NCBI GenBank assembly: GCA_044892525.1
Contig: CM097887.1
Span: 72,850,001-72,914,000 of the forward strand
Direction: 5' to 3'
DNA from: Schmidtea polychroa
Taxonomy: Eukaryota
DNA length: 64,000 nt
Positions 40,901 through 50,150 of this stretch are shown here, piece after piece; within the stretch, counting starts at the first letter, position 1, and each line of letters opens with the position of its first letter. The notes beneath the pieces are model-generated. The model made no database searches, was not told where the DNA came from, and saw nothing but the letters and a program-made list of their open reading frames with translations. The position numbers and the translations under genes are program-made.

Positions 40901-43900
40901 CTAAAAATGGCCTAATTCAGATAAATGGGATAAAATTCATTTAGATTGGGTCTAGGTACCAGAACATGGATATATATTCATCTTGTAGATGCCGGCACAA
41001 ATTGGATTGAAGCAATATTATGTAAAGATTGTTCTAAGAGACGAAACTAATTTCTGTATTTTTATTCTACTAAATATAAATTCGTATAAATGAACTTAAT
41101 ATATAATTTAATATATAATTTGAATAATTCAATAATGTTTAAACTGATAGATTTAAACAAGTGAATTAATCTTTAAATAACAATTATAATAATTCATGAC
41201 AAAGATAGTACAGCACCACATGTACTAATTTAACTGAAATTTGACAAATTATAATTCCATTAATTATTAATTATGATATAAAATTAATCTTTCTTGTGAT
41301 TCATCTATTAGTCAACAATTTTAATGAAATGTTAAAACAACAAGTTCAAAAAATATTGCAAGAAAACTTTATTTTTCTGTAATATGAAATTTATAAATTT
41401 TCTTTTTCTAGAGTAGATTTATCTTTATAAACTAAACAATTTTGTTTCCACAAAATACCAATATTTGTTATTAGTAAAAATTCGAATTCTGCTACGTTAA
41501 TTTATAGCCAATTGATACCTTCTTACCTATGGCCTTGATTTGATTACCTTAAATCATCATTTCTTAGTTTTTTTGTAAAATATTTCTTTCAAATAGTATC
41601 GTTTAAAATAATAATTTTATAATGGAAAAGGATAATTTAATTGAATTTCAATTATTGTTTTTTTAAAGTCATAAATTCTCGGTTCTTGTTTGATATTTCC
41701 CCCACTTAAAATCAGTTTTATTATATATACTCTGAGTTTATCCGACAGGATGTTTTGACCCCCTAAGGGTACTGGTCGTAAGGGTACTGGTCGTAATAAT
41801 AAATATTCATAGGTAGATCAATAATTTCTAATTCAATTCTTATTCAATAATATAATACTAATTATAATAATAAAGTGGGGGGAAATATCAAACAATATCC
41901 AAATTCTCTTGGGATTTCTTTTCATTTGTTTCAGCCGACTTTTAATTGATTATAAAATAATATTTGACAATTTATAATATTTGAAATTGAAGTAATTCTA
42001 AAAGTAAAATCTATTTAATCTTTTCACCATTGATATATTTTCATTTAATAAGAATTTTCGACATAGCTTTTAAAATATTTGTAAAAGCTATGACGAAAAT
42101 TCGTGTCAAATAAAAATATTAAACTATAATCTAGAAATAAATAAAGAATAATTATAATATTTTAAAACTGTAGGAGAAATATAATGATTATATAGTACTG
42201 GAGTCGGAAACCAGTAGGTTTTTACTCGATAAATTTGACTCTTAAAAATCAAAAATTATAATATCTGAATTTCTTTACAAAGTACGAAAACGAGAAAGAA
42301 TATTTTCTTCTTGATGTATAATTATTTCAATGACAAATTTATAATTTTCTTCATGATTTTTTTCCACAATAATTAATCTTTATTTCTTTAAAATCAACTT
42401 GATCAGAATTGATTACATTTATTATAAATCCTTTTTCGTGAGTTTTACAATAGTCGCGCAGAGCTACAGGTTGAACAAATTGGTTAGAAGAGTTTCCAGA
42501 TTTTTGAAGCATTTCAATATAGTTTTCTAATGCTAGTCCAGTTTCATTATCTCATCCAGCTTTATACAAATTACGATCATTTTCCATTATCAAGATGATA
42601 AGTTGTAATTCTTTTTACCACATTAAATTCTTCGGGTTTCTTCAAAATAGAGTTATAAATTCCAATAGATTTCATTTAATATTTCAAAAATAAATTAACA
42701 GTTTTATACAAATTTTATTTTAGATTTTTTCCTTTATACTAAACAACATAAATCAAATCAGAATAAAATGTATTTGCTTTTATTTTCAAAAGTTTCTTTT
42801 TTATTTTAAAGAATTCGACTGATCTCTATGGGATTCTTTTGCATTTCTTTTAATTTTTTAATTTAAATATTACATATTTTATTTATTCTACCAACACTTA
42901 TAATTAAGTATTTTTTTATTCTGTTGCCTTAAAATTTCTAGTGTGATACACATTTTTATTACTTGATTTTTTCAAAAACCGGAGTGCGAATTATACATTC
43001 ATAGAAAAATATTTATAACTTTATTTTATTTTTCCATTAAACTATATTTTAAAAATATACATGTTGAGGATTCTTAAAATTATTATCAAATTAATTAAAA
43101 TAGCATGGGTGGAAGCGAAATAAAGATAAATGTTATTATTGGTTATTTAGAAGTGGAACATGGCAAAGAGATTGAGAGTCGATGAAAAACAAATAACAGT
43201 TTATAAAAATTCATTATTAATTATCAAGCGCAAACTGAAAATAGAAGTATATAGGACAAAAACAAAACGACAAACTATTTCGATATTTACAATCTATCTT
43301 AGATGACATAGTTATTAAGAGAGAAGCCTCGAGAACCTTTAAAAAACCAACATGTCTCATTGAGTACCAGAACTATAAATATAAATATTTCTAATGAAAT
43401 ACCGTTTTTCACACAGTGAACAAAACAATTCTGTAACCGTAAAATCACAATAAAAACCAATTAGTAACACAACGTGTAGAATAAGATAATAAACAAATGC
43501 TAAAAGCAATCGTGAAATTGTTTATGAAGTTATTTTGTGCCAAAATATTTCTTGTTTGATGACAAGATTTAATACGAATCCAATAGTTCAAGGTGATTAT
43601 TGGACATATTGAAGATTCTCTGATTATTCTACATTTATTCTAACAATAATTTTATTAATTTTCTCTAAAACAAAATATTTGCTTAGTAATGTATAAACTT
43701 TCTTTATAAACTTCAAAAGTATTCAAGGATAGGAGTTTCATATAATTTTTGGTATAATAAAAACTCAAAAAATTTAAGTATATAAAATTGTTTTCAAATA
43801 TGTGAGATTCTTTTTTATCATAATATGTATGAAGGTTTGAAATATTAAAAAATTAAAAAGTTTTAAACTGAAAATCTTAGAGCTTAAAAAGACCTGATTT

Positions 43901-46900
43901 ATTAATAATGTAAGAAAAATCACTTGAAAAGAGTGCAAAAAATTTGTCTATAAAGCGAAAAGTTTAAAGAAAAAATGCAAAGTTTTTAAGCATTACCAAA
44001 ATACCGTAGTGGAATTTATAAAAAAATACACTAAAAAATAATAAAATTTGGAAGTTATTTTAAATGACAACTGAGTTAGATGATATGAGCTGTTTATTTT
44101 GAAAGTGAAGCCATAACTTTAAGTATACTTTTTACGTTCAGATAAACATTATTGGATAATAAATTTTACCTTATCCATAACTACAAAGTTGGATGCTAGA
44201 GCTTATAAACATTTAAAAATATATTTAGACGCAAGTATTTAAAAATGACTTGCCCCATTTACAAAATAAACGGCTATTATCAAAATTATTGTTTCATACA
44301 TTTGTTTGAATGTTGAAGCTTGATAAAACCAAAATTTTAGTTTTGCATTTCATTATAACATTTTATTTATCTTCAATTCTATCGTACGACAATTGATCGA
44401 TATTTTGTTTTTTAAGTTTTAAAAACTGATGATAAGTCATTAGTAAAATGGTCATTGATTAAAATATTAAATATCTTACTGATGTAAAACTTTGGTAAAA
44501 TCTTCTATCTTTTTCAAAATTGTTCTGTTTTTAATTTCTATTTTGGACTATTGATCAACATTTTACATTTGCACGAACTTTCGTTGTGTTTGATCAATTT
44601 AATTTACGCTAAGAGAAATAAAAAATATTTATTTTTATAAGTAAAGGAAGACGCGAAACAATTGAGATATATCACTGGGTCGCAAAAAGATTTTTAAATC
44701 TCGTACTGGGTCGCGGTCAAAAAAAGTTCGGGAAACGCTGATATATATATACTGATTCATAGTCTTTAAGCTTGTTAATAAATACAGTAGTGAGCAAAGG
44801 TTTTTGCTAGTATTCATAAAATCAGATATTCATTAATATACATTTATGTATGTTTAGTACGAATACCAATCTTTTCAAGAATGTTAAATGTTAATAATGT
44901 AATGTAATAGTAAAGAAATATTTTTAAAAATTGCATTTGTTTGAATTCATTAAAGCATTGAAGTATAACTTCGCTAATTTTAAGCGAGCAAAAGTTTTTG
45001 CTAGAAATCGAAAAGTTTAAAATGGTTGCGACATCTCATTACCTTTGTGACAAAACTTTATTAATATAATACATAGATAATTAATATTTAGAATGCATTC
45101 CACAATTTTTAATAATGCCATTTAGTCTCTTTGGAATTGATCTGTATAGATCAAATATCATTGGGTTCGGTATTAGGTTCTATTCTGTTAAAATACTGTT
45201 CCATAATTCGATAGATGTTTTCGGAGTTCTTTTATATACTTTGTCCTTTAAGATCGACCATAACTTTTCTATTATGTTTATGTCAGGTGTTTTTGGGAGC
45301 CAATCAATTATGACGCAAATATCTTTCCTAACCAGAAAATCTGTATTAGACTTCGAACGATGGCATGAAACACCGTCTTGCATAAAAATAATTTCCGGAG
45401 AATAAAGGTCTCGAAGGCCTATTTCAATAACAGTTTGATAAGCAGCAGAATCTAGTCTTCTCGGACATTTTATCGACATTCGTATTCCATTCCCTAAAAT
45501 AGCTCCCCACACTAGTTTAAAAATATTTCATTTTTTCTTTTATAATTTTTTCTATTCTCAGTAGTATTATTCAAACTATCTAATTTCCTTGTGCCTGAAC
45601 ATATGAGTCAAGATGACAGAAGTCTTTTCAATGTATACGGCATTACACACATTATATGTTATTTTATATATTAGATAAAAAGTAGATCTATTAAAATTCC
45701 CAGTTTTAAATTTTGTAAAACTCTAAGGAATAATCAAAACATACTAATTTCAATTACTATTGTTTTTCCTTGGCAAGCTCAGAAATCTATCAATGGTTTC
45801 TTTAGATGATCCCTCTAAGGAATTTTTAATACTCATTTTTATTTAAAATGTAGATATCTATATACTTTATCAGCTTTTTTAAAAATAGATCTAAATATCA
45901 AACCTTTAGTCCACCAGAATTAATATTCAATTATCAATGAATTTATTAAAATTTATTTATTTATCATTAATGGTTTAAGATATTTGACACACATTAAATG
46001 GCAAATTGATGATGAGGACCATTTCCTCGAAGTTTTTTTTTATTTTAACAATAAATTTCCTCTTTGTAGTATTAATTCACAAAAATAATTACTAAATATA
46101 TATGATAAGCTAATGCTACAATTTTCAATATTAAAAACGAAAAAATGAGAACTTTGGACTCTCTGTCTTAGAAAATAGTTTGAATATGAATTTGAAGATC
46201 TTGATCTTTTTTTTGAATTATTTACATTTTGATTGGATCTTGATTTAATTTCGAATTTATATTTTTTCAAATGATTTTTTTGTTGAAATTTCTGCAATCC
46301 TTTTAAATCCAGATTATTTAAATGAAAGTCAATTATATCTCATCAAAATTTGCAACTCTAAAATTCTCAAATAAGAAATTAAATTCATAAAATTCTTCAC
46401 GAAAATGAAATGTTTTAATTTTTATATTCTGCTATTCAGAAAAAATATTTTGTATTGAAGCTTGAAATTTCATTTGCTTCTTCTTTGGAATTTACTGTCG
46501 GTTTTTCGGACTTGTTAAGGATTGCTTATTTAAATCTAGGATTTTCTAAAAAGTCTTTGAATCATTTGTTAGACGTTTTCTTTTATTTGTTAGAAATCTA
46601 TTATCATTTTAAATCAGGGGTTCTTAACTTTTCAAACTTATGGACCCCATAAAAATATAATTGGTACCGACGGACCCCTGAAATATTAAAAAATTGATAG
46701 TAAAACACATACATTTTTTAATAATTATTTATAAATCTGTTTATTCAGCTTCAAACAAAAATAATTTTTTTTTGTAAATAGTGCCGCGGACCACTTGGAA
46801 ACCGTTCGTGGACCCCCTGGGGGTCCATGGACCCCAGGTTAAGAACCACTGTTTTAAATTAACCCTATTGAATGACAATTTTATTTTATTTTTCAAAAAG

Positions 46901-47452
46901 TACTAGAATAGAAAAACATTTGTAAAGTACTACTGATAATTTGTGTTAAAAATTATTGATTAAAAAAGACTGTAATAATGTAGAGTGAAATTTTGATATT
47001 CTCAACTATTAAGCTCAATTTCCTTTTTAGCATCAGCTACAAGATTTTCAGAATGCTTTAAAAAGCTTGAATTCATGTCCAAAAACAATGAGATTCTAAA
47101 AGCATTGTACAAAATATCCAGTGAAAGTGATCAAAGCACGCAAGGTTTAATTGAGATAAATGCTTCCTATTTATCATAGAATAAATATTCAGGAATTTTC
47201 CATATAATAAAGTGCTTACTCGTTACAAACACATTCGACATTCAGACAGTCCTCAGTTGGGAGTCTACATCCCAAACCTCAGTACCGGTCCCGGAAAAAT
47301 TAAAATCTGTGCTATCTGTTATAAAAAATAAAAGTGCTTTCATTTCAGATAATTCATTCGAATCTTTGTTATCTTTTGATGAATCAAATAATATTTTTTT
47401 CAATCAATTAACACTTGACCATGATTATTGTACAAATAGTGATTCTTATTAA
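9844..47452 (+). CDS. EIF4G: eIF4G (translation initiation factor 4 gamma), whole gene span with at least 11 coding exons
   Basis: Exons are in domain order with matching GT-AG phases through exon 9. Domains are the YxxxxLphi eIF4E motif, MIF4G, MA3 and a W2-like C-terminus. Exons between 37865 and 47030 are not fully resolved, and an additional 5' exon is possible. Confidence 0.85.
11222..11434. mobile_element. hAT-type MITE (213 bp)
   Basis: TIR CAGTGGTTCTCAAACT / AGTTTGAGAAACACTG. Exact 8-bp TSD ATCTACAA. Confidence 0.9.
12424..13935 (-). mobile_element. IS630/Tc1-type DNA transposon with ~65-bp TIRs and a degenerate transposase
   Basis: TIR CAGGGTTT(C/T)..., about 6 mismatches, with TA on both sides. 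Internal fragments RNEMRNQII and (D)EAGFNISMRPTRGRAPTGERVVQ. Confidence 0.85.
15055..15292 (+). repeat. Left arm of the ~240-bp inverted repeat flanking the PLE
   Basis: Reverse complement of 16848-17084, roughly 85-90% identical by eye. Confidence 0.85.
15360..16800 (-). mobile_element. Penelope-like element: RT plus GIY-YIG endonuclease, frameshifted and partly deleted
   Basis: LPKDHKDPLKGRPLVS, SLDVSNLY, WKRYIDDIF, FLDT and TRLNEH...RLVAETLYIKKLKPSIN, in order on the minus strand. Confidence 0.85.
16848..17137 (-). repeat. Right arm of the inverted repeat; its outer part also matches 30781-30929
   Basis: Shared core AAATCAGTAATATATCGATGTTTTTTGATACTCACGAATT..CACT..TTTTTCAAGTGAATTTGATCA. 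Confidence 0.85.
17858..18166 (+). CDS. EIF4G: eIF4G exon 2 (MIF4G start)
   Basis: Phase-0 acceptor TATTTAG. Encodes RQIKGILNKIVPQNFDQ...LVNELFFK. Donor GT at 18167. Confidence 0.85.
18218..18367 (+). CDS. EIF4G: eIF4G exon 3 (MIF4G)
   Basis: Follows a 51-bp intron. Encodes AVKEEAYSVTFAKICSYL...FRSVLLQKCQAMF. Donor GTTAGT at 18368. Confidence 0.85.
18702..19300. mobile_element. hAT-type non-autonomous element (599 bp)
   Basis: Perfect 13-bp TIR TAAGGTGACCAGA. Exact 8-bp TSD GGTATATA. Confidence 0.9.
19340..20040 (-). pseudogene. Mutator-like (MULE) transposase fragment
   Basis: ENEFNAARELFLQKYEIESDFIDYFKSEW..HPGWFGG..PS(T)NNGLESINRVVK matches the MULE F..YF...W / STNNxxES region. Confidence 0.7.
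19565..19938. repeat. Perfect tandem duplication, 2 x 187 bp
   Basis: Units 19565-19751 and 19752-19938 appear identical. Confidence 0.9.
20214..20551 (-). repeat. 3' LTR (338 bp)
   Basis: Identical to the 5' LTR except for one 4-bp indel. Preceded by PPT AAAGAAGGGGGA. Confidence 0.95.
20549..23941 (-). pseudogene. pol: pol (protease, RT, RNase H, integrase, GPY/F) in one frame with three premature stops
   Basis: LLDTGA, YLDD, TDAS, HHCC, D-D-E and EGPY motifs. Stops at 22820-22822 (TAA), 22727-22729 (TGA) and 20948-20950 (TAA). No frameshift found. Confidence 0.93.
23890..24960 (-). pseudogene. gag: gag with one premature TAG (24040-24042) and a damaged first zinc knuckle
   Basis: The frame continues past the TAG to EAMIGAIY* and matches the uninterrupted left-edge gag. 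Knuckles CFGCGLYGHVRREC and CRICHLQGHKETEC. Confidence 0.9.
24910..24920 (-). promoter_or_regulatory. Primer-binding site TGGCGACCACG (tRNA-Arg-like)
   Basis: Abuts the LTR. Complementary to a ...CGTGGTCG-CCA tRNA end; the tRNA-Arg(UCG) assignment is from recall. Confidence 0.7.
24921..25254 (-). repeat. 5' LTR (334 bp)
   Basis: TGAAAGGGTAG...GCGGCTAACA, followed directly by the PBS. Confidence 0.95.
25445..27600 (-). pseudogene. pol: Second, GC-richer Gypsy family: degenerate RT(C-half)-RNase H-integrase
   Basis: MHFGFRIAAQTLQRFMD, TTDATD, YSTFDRELLA, HDLHHPG, ITDQGTQFE and PRYSAPF, with stops and frameshifts. Confidence 0.9.
27696..28244. mobile_element. hAT-type MITE (549 bp)
   Basis: TIR CAGTGGTTTCCAA / TTGGAAACCGCTG. 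Exact 8-bp TSD ATCTAATA. Confidence 0.9.
29130..30230 (-). mobile_element. Degenerate mariner element
   Basis: HPYSRDLATSDFVLFCHLKQYL..HFQSAEELK corresponds to the YSPDLAPSDF motif. The ends are approximate. Confidence 0.75.
30577..30710 (+). CDS. EIF4G: eIF4G exon 4 (MIF4G)
   Basis: Acceptor TTTCTCAG. Encodes EQLEKVRQDW...KAKDRYYGNI(R). Phase-2 donor GTGAGA. Confidence 0.85.
30985..31180 (+). pseudogene. PLE-type GIY-YIG endonuclease remnant
   Basis: KVKDP...LVYQFTCNGCNVTYIWETSRYLFIRTYEH. Confidence 0.7.
32845..33260 (+). CDS. EIF4G: eIF4G exon 5 (MIF4G end)
   Basis: Encodes FIGELYLKGVL...CLCKLLETCGAKLE...RVRFRILDIMEMRQKKW...PKTLAEI. Phase-1 donor GTATGT. Confidence 0.9.
33334..33499 (+). 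CDS. EIF4G: eIF4G exon 6 (linker)
   Basis: Phase-compatible with both neighbours. TLGPQKRNWSIGSG resembles the eIF4G linker. The 3' boundary is less certain because of an internal GTAAGT at 33396. Confidence 0.65.
33547..33892 (+). CDS. EIF4G: eIF4G exon 7 (Ser-rich linker, MA3 start)
   Basis: In frame after a 47-bp intron. Ends LFKEYANTNDFC. Donor GTAAGC at 33893. Confidence 0.75.
33945..34102 (+). CDS. EIF4G: eIF4G exon 8 (MA3)
   Basis: Follows a 52-bp intron. Encodes VESWNACV...RASLSNLLSILINNNLMNKEDLLK(A). Phase-2 donor GTAAGA. Confidence 0.8.
34219..34387. other. Assembly gap (169 N)
   Basis: Run of N inside eIF4G intron 8. Confidence 1.
34640..34850. mobile_element. mariner HTH fragment (-) abutting a hAT-MITE left end (34806 onward)
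   Basis: WHREFKEDCEDVND..PGW..AVT.NI, followed by CAGGGCTTCTTAAACTGTATGTCGCGACC. Confidence 0.5.
35867..36460 (-). mobile_element. Degenerate mariner element related to 3150-3840
   Basis: Shared terminal sequence, and RKLAYRFVPR (WVPR-like). Confidence 0.65.
37371..37864 (+). CDS. EIF4G: eIF4G exon 9 (MA3)
   Basis: Phase-2 acceptor TTATTTTAG. LIDSLEDLIIDIGQSIWDSLSDYF matches the MA3 EDxxIDIP..W motif. Phase-1 donor GTAAGT at 37865. Confidence 0.85.
38826..39031. mobile_element. piggyBac-like MITE
   Basis: TTAA|CCCTTAGAGGACCGG ... CTGGTCTTTTAAGGG|TTCA, with imperfect TIR and TSD. Confidence 0.45.
39300..39860 (-). pseudogene. hAT (Tip100/ZMYM1-like) transposase remnant
   Basis: HSLNLVGEFAADCC..FFNFLQELFNLFF..RW..IKNLSGKRWSCRYDAC. 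Confidence 0.8.
40186..40440 (+). mobile_element. 3' end of a Charlie/SPIN-like hAT element
   Basis: KHMKSKTRSKLSDEHLENSSRIA (dimerisation domain), followed by the terminal GGTTGGAAACCACTG. Confidence 0.7.
41681..41900. mobile_element. 220-bp MITE with GG...CC ends and 8-bp TSD (Merlin-like)
   Basis: Imperfect ~28-bp TIR GG(T/A)T(C/A)TTGTTTGATATTTCCCCC(C)ACTT. Exact TSD AAATTCTC at 41673-41680 and 41901-41908. Confidence 0.75.
44674..44740. mobile_element. hAT-MITE right-end fragment
   Basis: GGGTCGCG...AAAAAGTTCGGGAAACGCTG, similar to the reverse complement of the left end of the 11222 MITE. Confidence 0.5.
45095..45540 (-). pseudogene. Tc1 transposase C-terminal fragment
   Basis: MWGAI, IFMQDGVSCHRS and DWLPKTPDINIIEKLW. 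Confidence 0.85.
45562..45632 (+). CDS. Candidate eIF4G exon (post-MA3)
   Basis: Phase-1 acceptor TTCTCAG is compatible with exon 9. Encodes LVLFKLSNFLVPEHMSQDDRSLFN. The 3' boundary is uncertain. Confidence 0.4.
46615..46851. mobile_element. hAT-type MITE (237 bp)
   Basis: TIR CAG(G/T)GGTTCTTAAC. Exact 8-bp TSD TTTTAAAT. Confidence 0.88.
47031..47452 (+). CDS. EIF4G: eIF4G terminal two exons (47031-47144 and 47193-47452), W2-like
   Basis: A 48-bp phase-1 intron removes an in-frame TAG. ILKALY, VLSWEST and LKSV align by eye to human W2 LQALY, FYSWESS and LKSV. Stop TAA at 47450-47452. Confidence 0.7.
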
Positions 47453-48811
47453 ATGTGTCAGTTTATCATTGTGGTTACATTTTATTAATAATTTTTCAAT
47501 GAGCTGATGTGTAGAAGATATTTATGTGTTTGTGCTAATGTCAAAGGAAATCACTGTTCCAGATCAATGCATGTTTGTAAAATATTTAAACGAGGTGGTG
47601 TATATTATAAATTTAATTAATGATTAAAAAGTTCTCGAATCTATTTTAAAATTTATCTTCTAATTTCCTTATTATAAATTGAAAAGTTAAAAAAGTTCTA
47701 CTATTTTTATGTTGGTAATAAATGAAATTTGCAAAATTTATGATTTCCACTGGTCTGAAGAAGAAATCGAGGAATGATTAAGTTGTAAAGAAATTGAAAA
47801 TGACGAAGCAGGGGAATGGTTTCACAGATATTGTATATTATTATTTGAAATACTCATGAAATGGATCAACAATTTATAGCAGTGGTTTGGCGGAAAAGTA
47901 AAAGACAATTATTATGTGAGGATAAAAGATTAAAACTAAACATTTATTAATTAACATTTCATAAATTTATGTTTTTTTCATTCTTTGTTGAAATTACTAG
48001 TTGATTCTTTTCTTCAACGTATACTTTTTCTCTCGACCAACTGGAGGCTCCTTTTGTTCATCCGCTTTCATATGAGTTACCCTTTCCATAAATTTTTTCT
48101 CTAAACTAAGGAATTGATTTTTTGAACTATTAGATTAACTTTCATGTAAATTAATAAAAATGCTTTACACATTAAGCTGACATTCAACTAGGTTTGCCAT
48201 AATTTATGGTTTTGATTTAAAAAGTTAATTAATTTGTTTTTGGACTCCTGGCCTCTATATAGATCTCTGATCAATTTAAAATTATTTTATCCGTCTTTAA
48301 AATGTCATTTGTCACCGGGTTCCACACCCTGAAAAATATTGATTTTTACTTTTTTCAAATTTTTAATTAATTTTAAATGATTTTGATAATTTTATAATTT
48401 TATTTCATATATTTTGTATACCTCAAACACGTGTTATTTTAATAATTTCACACACCTGTAACCAACACTACAAAACTTACACCGTACAGTCAATTTAGGA
48501 ATGTCTTTTTGTATAAAGAAGTCATTTATTTCAATTTCATTTGATGTAAGAAATCGACTTATTGTGGTCATATTTTGTTGGCATTGCGCTTTGATTTTTC
48601 TTATAAATCTGGATAAAAGAAGACCATTTGGGTTTTTACGGGATCCAACTAAATTATGCCTATTAAGGTCAATAAATTAAAAAGTTTTAATTGAAAAAGC
48701 TTTACCGACTTCTACCCTAGGTAACTGGTGAATACATTTTGGATAAACTAAGTTGTGAGAATTCGGAGTATATATGAAAACGAAGTCGTATTTAAAACCG
48801 TTAACCTAACC

Positions 48812-49179
48812 TAGTGGTTTTCAATGTGTGCTCCACCGAGGTCGAGGACTCCTCTGCAGGTTCCAAAGTGATCCTTAAAATTTGTGATTTGAGATTGCAA
48901 TTATCATCAATAACACCCCATTTTCAAGCAATGTGTAACATAAATCTTAATGATTTTTAATGATTGAAAACCTTTAAGTCTTGAAGTAAACTCATTGCTC
49001 TCATTGAAGTACTATCTTTCTTTATTAAACTTTTTTTGAAAGTCAGTGTATCTTGGTATAAAAAATAAATGTATGTAGTGTGAATATCTGTTATTTTAAA
49101 CTAATTTTGATATGGAGGCTGCGCATTTGCAAAGAATATCAAATAGTGCTTCGCAGCTAAAAGGCACTGAAAATCTCTG
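48812..49179. mobile_element. Older hAT-type MITE
   Basis: Degenerate TIR TAGTGGTTTTCA / TGAAAATCTCTG. Flanks ACCTAACC and ACCTGGCC match at 6 of 8 positions. Confidence 0.5.
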
Positions 49180-49661
49180 ACCTGGCCTAGCCAAGTGAAA
49201 ATCAGGATAAGGAGGACGTCCCACAAAATCAGAACAAAAAGTTACATTTGTATAAGTTATTTAATTATTTTACCGGTAACTAATTTTAATTATTGTTGTT
49301 TTTTAATTTTATTATCTAATTTAATATGTTAAATTAAGTAATCATAATTATTCATTTCTAAAATATATTTTATAAAATTACATTAATTTTTAGTGAAATT
49401 TAAATATTATCTTTTGTCACAAAAGTTTGCTCAATATATTATTTATAATTGAAATTAATTGAAATTGTTATTTAAAAGTGAAAAAATAGCTTATATTTTA
49501 AGTATATTTTAAGGTAAAATAATTGTTTGTTTAAAATACATCTGCAATATAATATCTTCAAATCAGAGCATCTTATCAATTTTTTATTTAATAATGTAAG
49601 TTTAATTTTCGAAGAAATTAAAAACTTTATCTAAATATAATAACGTTATATTTATAATTAG

Positions 49662-50150
49662 ATGGCTACATTATTTGAAGATATTTTTGGAGTTAAAGAA
49701 ATGGATAAAGATGGGAAACGATTCGATAAAGTGTCCAGGATATTTTGTAACGGCGAATCATTTAAGATGGATTTAATTCTAGATGTTCAAACTCAGATAT
49801 ATCCTTTAGCTCCAGGTGACAAATTTCGATTTTGTTTAATAAGAAATCTGCGGATGGAGTCAACAGGAATACACATGGATACTGATGATATAACTAGAAA
49901 TTTAGACGATGATGTTGAAATGTGTGAAGATTCCGAAGAAATAGAGGAGCAAAAAATGAGCAATTTTGATTATTGTATGTACGGAAAAATTTATCGAATT
50001 ATACCTGGCCAATCTGATGACGGTGAAATTTTATCAACTTACGTTTCATTTGGTGGATTATTAATGATGTTAAGAGGTGCTGCTACCAATTTAAGTGGAT
50101 TTAAAGTTGGACAGCATATTTATCTATTAATGAAAAAATTAGCTTTTTAA
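49662..50150 (+). CDS. POLR2H: RNA polymerase I/II/III shared subunit RPABC3 (RPB8), intronless
   Basis: LFEDIF, KRFDKVSRI..ESFKMDLILDV..IYP, YCMYGKIYRI and YVSFGGLLMMLRG motifs. Confidence 0.97.
   Translation: MATLFEDIFGVKEMDKDGKRFDKVSRIFCNGESFKMDLILDVQTQIYPLAPGDKFRFCLIRNLRMESTGIHMDTDDITRNLDDDVEMCEDSEEIEEQKMSNFDYCMYGKIYRIIPGQSDDGEILSTYVSFGGLLMMLRGAATNLSGFKVGQHIYLLMKKLAF

Noticed and set aside
46440-46573. Open frame KKYFVLKLEISF...LLRIAY as a W2 exon
   Set aside because: Plausible, but I could not find splice phases linking it to both neighbours, so it is left unannotated.
49662-50150. Intronless RPB8 as a retrocopy
   Set aside because: The frame is intact with conserved motifs, and there is no poly(A) tail or TSD. 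Intron loss is the simpler reading.
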